Source of the DNA: Desulfobacterales bacterium
GTDB lineage: Bacteria; Desulfobacterota; Desulfobacteria; Desulfobacterales; UBA2174
DNA length: 64,000 bases
Direction of reading: 5' to 3'
NCBI GenBank assembly: GCA_963668645.2
Contig: CAXXWC010000021.1
Span: 544,001 to 608,000, forward strand
In this document: piece by piece, positions 49,045-58,154 of the stretch
How the letters are laid out: each line of letters starts with the position of its first letter
Position numbering within the stretch: position 1 is the stretch's first letter
Notes under the pieces: model-generated
The model's input: only the letters and a program-made list of their open reading frames with translations
What the model was told of the DNA's origin: nothing
The model's database searches: none
Made by a program: the position numbers and the translations under genes

Positions 49045-52000
49045 TCAGGCTTGCCCCCTGTGCCGCCAACTCAGCGTCATGCCTCCTTTTCTATCGTATA
49101 TCCCCTTTAACACAGCCAGGGGCTGTTGTGCCAGTTGGTTTAACAGGGCCATGGCGGCCGCCATATGGGCTCGCACGCAGCAGGCCAACCAGGACCCTTC
49201 CACCACCTCGTCGGCGACCTCGGTGATCATCTCCACCTCGGTCAGCGGCCAGTGCACGCGGGCGAAATTGATATCGCTGATGCGCGGGGCCGCAGGCACC
49301 ACCACCAGCGCGTCGCTGACCGAGGCAGGAAACACCTGGGGGGCGAAGGCCCGCGCGTAGCGATCGTAGCGGTCGGTCAATCCGTTGTTCAAATTCACAA
49401 TCTGCGGATCGGCCGCCATGGCTTCTGCCAACCGATCCACCAGGGCCATGACAATTGCATGCCCCGGATGGGCCGGCTGATCCAAGAAGGGAAGAATGGC
49501 AAACACGAAGGTTCGGGGAATCCAGTGCTCGCGGAAGCTGGGGTTGACCAACCCTGCAAACGGCTGGTCCCACTCGTGGCTCGGAACCCCGTGGGCATCG
49601 AGCATGAAGCGCGGCATCCAGCGCTGCCAGACAAGCGGCTTGACCCGCGCCTCGGGAAAACGCGGCCGCTCGCGATGATAATCGCCGTACCATTCCACGC
49701 CCAGCGCATTGTAGCGTGCGGCATGCAGTTTGTGGTCCGCGCAGCCGGGTGAAAGCGCCTCCAGGGTGGCCACCCCGTCCGGGTTTTCAAGCGGAATGAA
49801 CGCCACGTTGACTCTTTTCAACAAGTCCCGGCCGGCTTCGGTGCGGCTCAGGCGCCATGCCAGTCGCAAGGCGGCATTGGTTGAAGAAACCTCGTTGGCG
49901 TGATGCCTGGCATTAAACAGCAGGGTCGGTTTGAAAAACCGCAGCTTGCCCCTCGATTTGAGCCCCTGTGCGTCGAGGCTGGCCTCCAGGACATGGATGG
50001 GACGCCCGCCCAGCGAAGTCCCGCCGGTCCAGGCGTGCAGATGGGGCAGCGTCCCCAGGCGCCGGATCCACGCTTCGGTCTCAACCAGATCGAGTCGCCG
50101 GTGATCCGGCGGTTCGGGCACCGCACCATCGTCGCCGAACACCGGCTTCGAACCTGCAAGGGGCACGGTCAGACGAAATCCCCGGGAGATGGGCACCAAC
50201 CTCAGCCCACCGGCACGGGCAACGACCGCCAGAGACGCGGACTGCTCAGAGGTTATGCCGGGGGCGTGCCAAAACAGGTCCAAATTTCGCCCCCTTCTTT
50301 CCAGACCTCGAACCGTGGCAGGCTGCGCCGGGGGCGGGATTGTCCCGCCTCCATGGATCGGCATCGCGCGGGCCACAAGGTGCGCCTTGGGTAGCGCGCC
50401 CTGCCGGCAGTGCATCTTGGGCAGGATGGGGCCGAAGTTCAGATCGTCTCCCAGGCCATGTTTTCGCCGGTAGGCCGCATGGAATTCAAGCAGGCCGAAG
50501 TAGATGTCTTCGTGCACGGCTTCCAGCGGGCAGATGCGCTCCTTTCCGACTCCCAGCCGCACGTCGCTTTCCGGCAGGGTCAACTCCAGGCAAAGCTCCT
50601 GCCAAAAAGCCGGGGCACCGTCGGCCGCCAGGGCGTCCCGCCTCAGGTCCATCTCCCGGCTCAGCACCGGCAGCCATTCTTCCTGAAAGCGGCGCCAGAA
50701 CACCTCCCGGTCTGTGGGCAAATTCACATCCAGCAGCACCCCGCGGCTGTCTTCCAACCGCACTCCGGCCGCCGCCGGATAGGCCCATTGACCTTCCAAA
50801 ACCAACGGCAGATAGGGCACCGGCGAGATGCGCGGGGTAAAAACCGCCTCGGCCACCAGCCGATCTTGCTGCCAGGCCCTCAAGCGATAGGCATGCGGCA
50901 AATCCTTTTGCTGCACCAGGGCGACGGCGGCCGGATCCATTCCGAGCCGCTCAGCCACAAGGTCCGGCCCGGGAAACGCTTCCTGGATCCAGCGGCTTTC
51001 CATCTCCAAGCCGCCGGGTTCCGGGACAAACGGGCAAAACGCCAGTTCGAGGCGGTCCGCTCCCCCCTGGGCCACCAGCGACGGCAGCGCCACATCCATC
51101 AGCCAGGAGAACCCCGGTTTATAGGCATTGATCAGCGTAAGGCACGGACGGTATCCCTTTTGCCGCAGCATCTTTTCCCACCGGTCCCTGAGGGCGTTGC
51201 GGATCTCCAGGGGACGGCTCACCAGCACCGTGCCATGACAGGGCCCCTCTCCGGCAGGAACGCTGCCGATCAGCGCCGTGAGGCGTTCGTCCTCTCCGGG
51301 CCAGGATGAGATGCGCCGCAAGATCCGCCGGGGAGGCGACGGCGGCAGTGCCAGGCCCAGATCCTGGACAGCCCGGCGCATTTGCCGGCGCTCGGCTCCG
51401 TCAAGGTTGGGCACTGGGCAGCGGCCGTTCGCAGCCGCTACCAACCGCCAGGCAATGACGCCCTCGGGGCCCGAAGCATTCAACAGGCCGCGGACGCGTT
51501 CAAACTTGGCCGCCAGTTGCGCAGTTTCCCCGGATTCCTGGCCAAGCACCGGCAGCACCAGGCGCTGCCAGCTTTCCAAGGTGGCAGCCAGCCGGCGGCC
51601 CCCGCCGCGAGCCACGATTTCATCCCCCTCTGCATGCAAACAGGGGATTCCGGGCTCAGGGTCTCCCCCGGCTACCCGCAGCCTCAAGCCCTTACCGGTC
51701 GGCGGGGCCACACCCGCCACGGGCAAATGGATATCGGTGCTTTGCAGGCAAGCCCGTGCAGCCAAATGGGCCAGGCTGCGGCCGACGGTCCCATCGAGGG
51801 CCGTGGCATCGATTTGAATCTTGAGCTTCAGGGCCGAAGCGCGCGGTGCCTCGGGGACAGTCTCGCAAAGAAGGCCTTCTGCATCGATCAAATCGAGCGG
51901 GCCCCCGGAGCCTGCGCCGTCACCTGCCTGCCCTAGACCGGAAACTGCCCTCGCCCCCCCTTCGGCAAGCAACTTCCCACCTCTGCCCAACACCTGGCAG

Positions 52001-52437
52001 GGCGCTTCGGGCACCGCGAGCACCACCTTGCGCCAACCTGCCGGCATCGAAGCTTCGGGCCCCGCCATTGCCAGTTCGTTCAAGATTCTGGCCATGGCGG
52101 TGCCGCTGCAGCCGGTGAGCCACAAGGTTGCATCGTCGGCCCGCCGCATCACGGCAGCTGGTCCGCCGGACGATTTCGGTGAGCCGATGCAGAGCCGGCA
52201 ACCTTGATCCGCCTGCTCCTGTGAGCCGACCACCAGTGGAAGCCGCAGGGCCGTGACCTGGGCTGCCAGGCGAGCACAGAGATTGATCATACCGGCCCAA
52301 ACGGCCGGGTCAGTCAATCGACGACTCGCCTGGATCCGCAGACCGATCCAGTCCGGATAGCCGTCACCGTCCGTGTCTGCAAAAAGATCATGGCCGGGGA
52401 AAAGTCCGTGCAGGCCTATGACAGATTGATCGTTCAC
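49045..52437 (-). CDS. large M14-family zinc carboxypeptidase-like protein
   Basis: C-terminal HANE (HxxE), NPDG, RYN, D.HG, EV..E motifs; about 780-aa unrecognised N-terminal region. Confidence 0.8.
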   Translation of the reverse strand: MNDQSVIGLHGLFPGHDLFADTDGDGYPDWIGLRIQASRRLTDPAVWAGMINLCARLAAQVTALRLPLVVGSQEQADQGCRLCIGSPKSSGGPAAVMRRADDATLWLTGCSGTAMARILNELAMAGPEASMPAGWRKVVLAVPEAPCQVLGRGGKLLAEGGARAVSGLGQAGDGAGSGGPLDLIDAEGLLCETVPEAPRASALKLKIQIDATALDGTVGRSLAHLAARACLQSTDIHLPVAGVAPPTGKGLRLRVAGGDPEPGIPCLHAEGDEIVARGGGRRLAATLESWQRLVLPVLGQESGETAQLAAKFERVRGLLNASGPEGVIAWRLVAAANGRCPVPNLDGAERRQMRRAVQDLGLALPPSPPRRILRRISSWPGEDERLTALIGSVPAGEGPCHGTVLVSRPLEIRNALRDRWEKMLRQKGYRPCLTLINAYKPGFSWLMDVALPSLVAQGGADRLELAFCPFVPEPGGLEMESRWIQEAFPGPDLVAERLGMDPAAVALVQQKDLPHAYRLRAWQQDRLVAEAVFTPRISPVPYLPLVLEGQWAYPAAAGVRLEDSRGVLLDVNLPTDREVFWRRFQEEWLPVLSREMDLRRDALAADGAPAFWQELCLELTLPESDVRLGVGKERICPLEAVHEDIYFGLLEFHAAYRRKHGLGDDLNFGPILPKMHCRQGALPKAHLVARAMPIHGGGTIPPPAQPATVRGLERRGRNLDLFWHAPGITSEQSASLAVVARAGGLRLVPISRGFRLTVPLAGSKPVFGDDGAVPEPPDHRRLDLVETEAWIRRLGTLPHLHAWTGGTSLGGRPIHVLEASLDAQGLKSRGKLRFFKPTLLFNARHHANEVSSTNAALRLAWRLSRTEAGRDLLKRVNVAFIPLENPDGVATLEALSPGCADHKLHAARYNALGVEWYGDYHRERPRFPEARVKPLVWQRWMPRFMLDAHGVPSHEWDQPFAGLVNPSFREHWIPRTFVFAILPFLDQPAHPGHAIVMALVDRLAEAMAADPQIVNLNNGLTDRYDRYARAFAPQVFPASVSDALVVVPAAPRISDINFARVHWPLTEVEMITEVADEVVEGSWLACCVRAHMAAAMALLNQLAQQPLAVLKGIYDRKGGMTLSWRHRGQA

Positions 52438-52578
52438 TCGTTCAGCCCCCGATTCCGGTAAAGAAAGACGAGAACTTTTTAAAGGGAGTCATCGTTTCAC
52501 GAAAGCCCACGGTTAAGCGGCGCTTCAGTCCGCCACGCGGAGATGCCACCGCTTAGGCCGCCATCATCCGGCATCGCT

Positions 52579-53469
52579 TTAACCGGTGGCGTGCTGCTCG
52601 GGTGTCCATTCGGTCATCAGGCCGTTCTCGTTGATGACGTAATCGATCACCGCAAGATCCAGGATATCGTGGGAGTGGACCGTCATCTGGTAGCGAACAC
52701 CGCCGTCATTGCGTGACTCTTCGGCGTGGTAGATGCGCTGGCGGCCGCTCGGGTAGTGCGAATAGTGCAGCGTGTTGGCAAACAGGTAGACCGCGATGTT
52801 CTGCGCGTGGGCCAGATGCACCGCGTTGGCGGTTCCCGGCGGTGCGATCAGCTTGCGATCCGATGTGACGGTCACGGCTCCGATGAACTGCTTGTTGGCC
52901 TCCCCAAGGTGATGGGAGAGGTTGTACTCCGGGATGACGACATTGTCGATCTTCGCAGCGGTCAAAGCGTTGATCAACTGGCGGGTGCGCACGAGGTTCT
53001 GCTGCAGAACGATCACCTTGAAATCACGTCCCAGCTCGGTTCGGGCCTGCACCAGGATATCGGTGACCACCGCACTGGGCGAGTGCACGATGATACCGTC
53101 TCCGTCGGCCACGTGTTTGAGCCCCTCAGCGGTCACCTTGCGGCAGTTGTCCTCAAACAGCGCAATCTTTTCCGTGAGGATGCGCACCGCCTGGCGCCGG
53201 ATCTCGTCGAGTTCGACGCCGGTGTGGGCGGCCATCTCTTGTTCGAATTGCTCCATAAGATGGATCAGCGGCACGATGGCCGGTTCGGTGCGTTTGATGG
53301 CGCCGGCCAGCTCGCGGTAAAGGTCCAGGACCTGTTCGCGGGTACAACGCAGCGTCTTGACAGCCTCGATAAAGGCGTTGAGCGCCACCACGGTGGTGCG
53401 GGCCACCCCGAGGTTGTTACCGTGCTCGCGAAACAATCGATAGAGATTTTCCCGATCTTGATCTTTCAT
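52579..53469 (-). CDS. IF-2B (eIF-2B alpha/beta/delta / sugar-phosphate isomerase) family protein
   Basis: Helical N-terminus, DGD.I..HS.S..V, IGA..V, GT......A, I.E.G; ATGA overlap with the upstream permease. Confidence 0.75.
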   Translation of the reverse strand: MKDQDRENLYRLFREHGNNLGVARTTVVALNAFIEAVKTLRCTREQVLDLYRELAGAIKRTEPAIVPLIHLMEQFEQEMAAHTGVELDEIRRQAVRILTEKIALFEDNCRKVTAEGLKHVADGDGIIVHSPSAVVTDILVQARTELGRDFKVIVLQQNLVRTRQLINALTAAKIDNVVIPEYNLSHHLGEANKQFIGAVTVTSDRKLIAPPGTANAVHLAHAQNIAVYLFANTLHYSHYPSGRQRIYHAEESRNDGGVRYQMTVHSHDILDLAVIDYVINENGLMTEWTPEQHATG

Positions 53470-54770
53470 AGCGACAACCATAGGTAGGCGCACAGATACG
53501 CCGAGCAGAGAACGAGGGTGGTCAGGGTGATCATGGCGCTGGTGCGGGCGAACTCGAGAAACGAGATGTGCACTCGGCTCTGCTTGGCCATGCCCACCGA
53601 TACGATGTTGGCCGAGGCCCCGATCATGGTCAGGTTGCCTCCGAAACAGGCCCCCAGGGCCAGGGCCCACCAGAGGATGTGGTTGGGAATCGGCATGGCT
53701 TCGAGCATGGTGCGCACAATGGGCACCATGGTGATGGTAAAGGGGATGTTGTCGAGAAATCCCGAAACGATACCCGAAACCCACAGCACGGTCAGCACCA
53801 TGACGTAGGGGTTGGTTCCCACCTTGAGAAAGACGTGGTGGGCGACCCATTCGATAACCCCCTGCTCCTCAAGCACGCCCACCAGAATGAACAGGCCCGC
53901 GAAAAAGAGCAAGGTGCTCCACTCGATCTCCTCAAGGATCTGCTCGACATCTTCGCCGCTGATGGTGAACAAAATCATCGCCACCAACAGGGCCACCACC
54001 CCGGGCGACAGCCCGGTTAGCGTTTGGGTGACGAACAGGGTGATGGCCAGGGCCAGGCAGCCGAGCGCCCTGTAGAGCAGCTTCTTGTCGATGGGCGTGG
54101 CCAGAAACTCGAAGCGAATCTTTTCCAGCAGCAGTTGGACTGAAAAGAGCTTGGCAAGATTGGTGTCTATGGGGCGGAACTTATCCCGATTGGTTGCCCA
54201 CAACATGAACAGCCCGGCGATAAAGGAGAGGGCCACCGGCAGGGTAAGATTAATGGCGAACTGGTTGAAGGTCAGCCCGACCTTGGAGCCGATGATAATG
54301 TTGGGTGGATCACCGATCAAGGTTGCCGTACCGCCGATGTTGGAAATGACCGCCTGGCTGATCACGTAGATCTTGGGATCGAGGCCCATGCCGCGGGTCA
54401 GCTCGATGATGATCGGCACGATGATCAGCACCGTGGTCACGTTGTCCAGAAAGGCCGAGGTCACGGCGGTGACAATGGAAAACAGGACCAGGATCTTGAA
54501 GGGGCTGCCCTTGGTCAGCTCGGCGATACGCACCGAGAGAATGGTGAAAAAGCCGGATTTTCTCAGGATGGTGACGATGGACATCATGCCAAGGAGCAGC
54601 ATGATGGTTTCAAAGTCGATGAAGCTGGCGGCGGTATGATCATCCACCACGCGCAGCACCAGCAGCACCATCACCCCCAGCAGGGCAGCCACGGCCTTGT
54701 TGACCAGTTCGAAGGTCAACACCGCGTAAACCAGGATGAAAACAACGATGGGGATCCAGATGTCGTACAT
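53466..54770 (-). CDS. ArsB/NhaD-family (ion transporter superfamily) permease
   Basis: SAFLDNVTT, NIGGTATLIGDPPNI, DNIPF, GGN.T.IGASAN. Confidence 0.9.
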   Translation of the reverse strand: MYDIWIPIVVFILVYAVLTFELVNKAVAALLGVMVLLVLRVVDDHTAASFIDFETIMLLLGMMSIVTILRKSGFFTILSVRIAELTKGSPFKILVLFSIVTAVTSAFLDNVTTVLIIVPIIIELTRGMGLDPKIYVISQAVISNIGGTATLIGDPPNIIIGSKVGLTFNQFAINLTLPVALSFIAGLFMLWATNRDKFRPIDTNLAKLFSVQLLLEKIRFEFLATPIDKKLLYRALGCLALAITLFVTQTLTGLSPGVVALLVAMILFTISGEDVEQILEEIEWSTLLFFAGLFILVGVLEEQGVIEWVAHHVFLKVGTNPYVMVLTVLWVSGIVSGFLDNIPFTITMVPIVRTMLEAMPIPNHILWWALALGACFGGNLTMIGASANIVSVGMAKQSRVHISFLEFARTSAMITLTTLVLCSAYLCAYLWLSL

Positions 54771-55181
54771 GAAATTCCTCTACAAGCAGTTGACGAAAAA
54801 CGCACCGGGAGGACTGGAGCCCGGGGTACAAGGATTACCTAAAGTGAGAATCGTCACACAAGTCAAGAGGAAAAAACTGCCGGCATCGGGTACTTTCCGT
54901 CCCTTGTAAGGGGAAAATGAAACGAGATCAAAGCTAAGGTAAACTTCCCAACATATTGATATTAATTAAATAATTCATAATAATGAAAATTGCAGTCGAC
55001 TGAAATGAATTTTATCCTTGCTTGATGGGTACTTATTGGTTTCGAGAAACGGTCGATATTTACTTTAATAGCAAATATTAATAAGATGGCGGATACTTTC
55101 AAGAAAAGGAGATCGGCGCTCGTAAAGACGGATATTACACCCAAATTTCAGAAGATTTTCAATTGCCAAACTGGAGGAACG

Positions 55182-56177
55182 ATGAAAAAGCGAATAGGTT
55201 GGTTAGCCATGGCGGTGGCACTGTCGGGTTTTGCTCTCTATTCTGAAAGCTATGGTTGGAAAATCGACGAAACGCTCAAGTACCAAATTGTCTATCTTCC
55301 TTCAGATACAAGACCGATGTCCACTGTTCCGGGAGATTCTATCCAGGTTATGAAACCGCTATTAAAAAACATACCGGCCTTTAAGCCTGATATCGGCAAT
55401 ATTGTTTACAAAAATATTTGCGGGTTAGGATTTTCTCTGCCAGTTAGGGAAAATGCTTCTTCGCTCAAACTCTACCTAAAGATTTATGCATGGCCGGCAA
55501 CACTGGACCCAGTCAGGTCGTCTTACAAAATATTCAATGACTTTTTACTGTACGCATTACCCGGGGGAGAACGTCTGTATGCCTCGGCCAAAAACCGCGC
55601 CAATACCTTTGTCAAATACGCTTCAATTGACAGCGCGGATAGAGAATTCAGCCTCAAAAAATCTTTCGAGGCGCCCGAAGTGCCAAGTCAGTGGGAGTTT
55701 GATTGCCACACGCCGTTTTCGTCGATCTACGTTAAACCGAACAATGAATCCCACAAAAAGAGTGAGATCGCGCAAGCAAAGGCAAGCGCAGGAGGGGTCA
55801 TCGAATTTCACGCAGCTATCAGCGACCTCTACGAAAAATCACTGCGCCTTTTGCAGGTGGCAAACGGGAAAAAATATTTTGCAGATTTCCGGCTTTGTCC
55901 TGAAAAACCGGAAAAGATCTGCGTCGTTAGAATCTATGAAATACCGATAGAACCGTTGGTGTTTAGTAACTACCGCGATCTTCCGATGCCGCAGGATGCA
56001 GACAAGATATTTTTATCTGGTCTCCTGCTGGTCAAGCTCACGGACTATGCTGCTGTTTTGCCCTTTCCGTTGAAAGAGATGACGAATGTATATCCGGGGA
56101 CAAAAACCTTCGAATCCGGGTTTCATGCGCTATGGTCTCATATGCTGGAGGTGGGCTCTGTACTGGACATGCGTTAA
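55182..56177 (+). CDS. hypothetical exported protein (AT-rich)
   Basis: GGAGG RBS, signal peptide MKKRIGWLAMAVALSGFALYS; no recognised domain. Confidence 0.65.
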   Translation: MKKRIGWLAMAVALSGFALYSESYGWKIDETLKYQIVYLPSDTRPMSTVPGDSIQVMKPLLKNIPAFKPDIGNIVYKNICGLGFSLPVRENASSLKLYLKIYAWPATLDPVRSSYKIFNDFLLYALPGGERLYASAKNRANTFVKYASIDSADREFSLKKSFEAPEVPSQWEFDCHTPFSSIYVKPNNESHKKSEIAQAKASAGGVIEFHAAISDLYEKSLRLLQVANGKKYFADFRLCPEKPEKICVVRIYEIPIEPLVFSNYRDLPMPQDADKIFLSGLLLVKLTDYAAVLPFPLKEMTNVYPGTKTFESGFHALWSHMLEVGSVLDMR

Positions 56178-56257
56178 AACCTTAACCGGCAGCGCATTGG
56201 AATGTGACGCGAGAGTGCGTAACCTGCCGCGTCGAACGACTCTGAATTGACGGGCGC

Positions 56258-56785
56258 CTATAATGCTCCGGCCGACGTCAGAATGAGGGTTCTTCCCGTC
56301 TGCATCACCCTGCCGGAGTCGCGCAGTTTCTTCATGACACGGGTGATGCTGACGCGGTGGGCGCCGATGAGAAAACCGAGATCCTCGTGGGTCAGGGGAA
56401 ACTGAATCACATAGCCTTCCCGGCGACGCTCACCGTGGTTGCGCGCGACGTTGAGCAGCACGCGATAAAGACGTTCTTCCAGGTGGCTCTGGGACATGGC
56501 CCCCAGCCTGTCTGTCAGATGGGCGATAATGTCGAGAGTCAGCTCTGGGCCGTCCTCCAGAAGCTTTCCCAGACGTACCCGGCCGGCCTTGATCAGCGAG
56601 ATCTCCTCGGCGGCATCGCCCTGCCGGAAGATCGGCTGCCCGGTCCGATACCGCCGCCGCCGGGCCCGCTGGACGACCTGCTTCATTTCTTCCTGGCCCA
56701 AGTCGTCGAACAACCAGAGCTGTCCGATGCACATGTCGGACCACGTGCTGTGTTCGGGTCTCATCTTTTTACACAGGCAGCTCAT
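56258..56785 (-). pseudogene. Crp/Fnr-family regulator (Cys-rich N-terminus, HcpR-like) with an internal in-frame deletion
   Basis: The cNMP domain stops at ELTLDI and jumps to IAHLTDRL...EERL..VL...LTHEDL..LIGAHRVS.TR; only about 175 aa. Confidence 0.7.
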
Positions 56786-56941
56786 AATACCGATCCCTGA
56801 CATGACCTGAAAAGATGGGTCAAAGGACTTCGCCAATGAAACGACAACCGTCGCCCCGGAGGCGATCCGGCCACCGGCTGCGGCAGCGGTAGCGGCTCTG
56901 GGACCCTGCCGCGGCCGGCGGAAAAATAGCCGGTGCTGCCG

Positions 56942-57295
56942 CTAACCCAGGCGCCTGCCGGCATTGGGCCCAGGAGACTGGTCATAGATTTGCTCAACTG
57001 TTATCCGTACCACGTAGCGCGGCCGGGGCATGGCGCGCGGCGCTTTTTCCAGCTCCTCCTTCACCCCGGAGTAAAGCGGGCCGTCGTCCACGAGTTTGGC
57101 TTTTCCTTTGAACTGATAGCCGATCTTTTTCTCGGGGTCTACTACCGTTACTGCCACCTTCGGGTTGACTTCGAGGTTCGCCCTGGGCCTTACCTCCTCT
57201 CGATCGGCCGCTGGGTCGGAGGCTCGATGTTTTTCGTCATGGTAGCCTGGAAATTGGCGGGCTGCAGTAGCAACCGCTACATTCCGCAACTGCAC
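56942..57295 (-). pseudogene. pyridoxamine 5'-phosphate oxidase-like FMN-binding protein, eroded N-terminus
   Basis: NLEVNPKVAVTV.D....GYQFKG.A, V.QIYDQSPGP.AG are intact; the region before them is not recognisable. Confidence 0.65.
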
Positions 57296-57463
57296 CGGAA
57301 GCGGACCGGCCGGTGAGGCAGGGCTTTTTTAGGATGGATTTCGGGCCTGAATTGCCGCTGGTCGTGAATAGAAGACGGGGGCGGTCTCTTTTATCGCGAC
57401 AAAGCGGATCACCGATAGTATCGGTTGGATCGAAGGACGCGCAGTGGTTCTCCGCAATCAGCG

Positions 57464-58117
57464 TTACTCGAACTGTTTTTTGAAGTTCGCAAATTCCGCT
57501 CTCAGATTTTCCAGATCCTCCCTGAGCAAGTCCACAGCCTGCTCCAGCTCGTCGATGCGGGCGGCGGCCGCGGTCACGGGTTCATCAAGATCGTCCTCCG
57601 GCGGCGGCTGGGGGCCGTTTGCCCCGGCCGGCGGTGCGCCGCCGAGAAGGTGCGCGTAACGCGGCTCCTTGCACCCCGGCTCGCGTGCCAGACGAGTAAC
57701 GCAGCCACTTTCGGACATTTCGTCGAGAGTCTCAAGAACCTCTTCAAGGTTTGCAAAGCTGTAGAGTCGGGCCGTGCGGCTGCGGATCTCACCTACGGTC
57801 TGGGGGCCGCGCAGCAGCAGCACGCACAGGATCGCCGATTCGCGGGCAATCCATTTGCGGTCGGCCGTAAATCGTTCTTCGTACTTGGGCACCCGGCCGA
57901 CGAGGCTTTCCCAGACCAACCCCTTTTCCTCAAGCCGTTCGACCGCCTGCCGCACGGTCTGTTCCTCGTACGAGACCACCGGATGGCGGCTCGATTTTTG
58001 GTTGCAGGCCGCCGTCAGCGCGTTGAGGCTCAACGGATAATAGTCCGGGGTCGAGAGCGCTTTTTCCATCAGGCTGCCGAGCACTCGGATTTCGATTTCA
58101 TCCAACATGATCTCCAA
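57464..58117 (-). CDS. yceH: YceH/DUF480-family protein
   Basis: E.RVLG.L.EK...TPD.YPLSLNAL..ACNQKSSR.PV, LLLRGPQT.GE.R.R, RY.HL. Confidence 0.92.
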   Translation of the reverse strand: MEIMLDEIEIRVLGSLMEKALSTPDYYPLSLNALTAACNQKSSRHPVVSYEEQTVRQAVERLEEKGLVWESLVGRVPKYEERFTADRKWIARESAILCVLLLRGPQTVGEIRSRTARLYSFANLEEVLETLDEMSESGCVTRLAREPGCKEPRYAHLLGGAPPAGANGPQPPPEDDLDEPVTAAAARIDELEQAVDLLREDLENLRAEFANFKKQFE

Positions 58118-58154
58118 AGGTTATCTCCCATCTCGAATCGAACGATGCACGCCG

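Noticed and set aside
52579..53850. 423-aa extended version of the IF-2B-like ORF, and the 371-aa version of fixA (62572)
   Set aside because: The extensions overlap upstream genes; the internal ATGs (53469, 62932) match family starts and operon spacing
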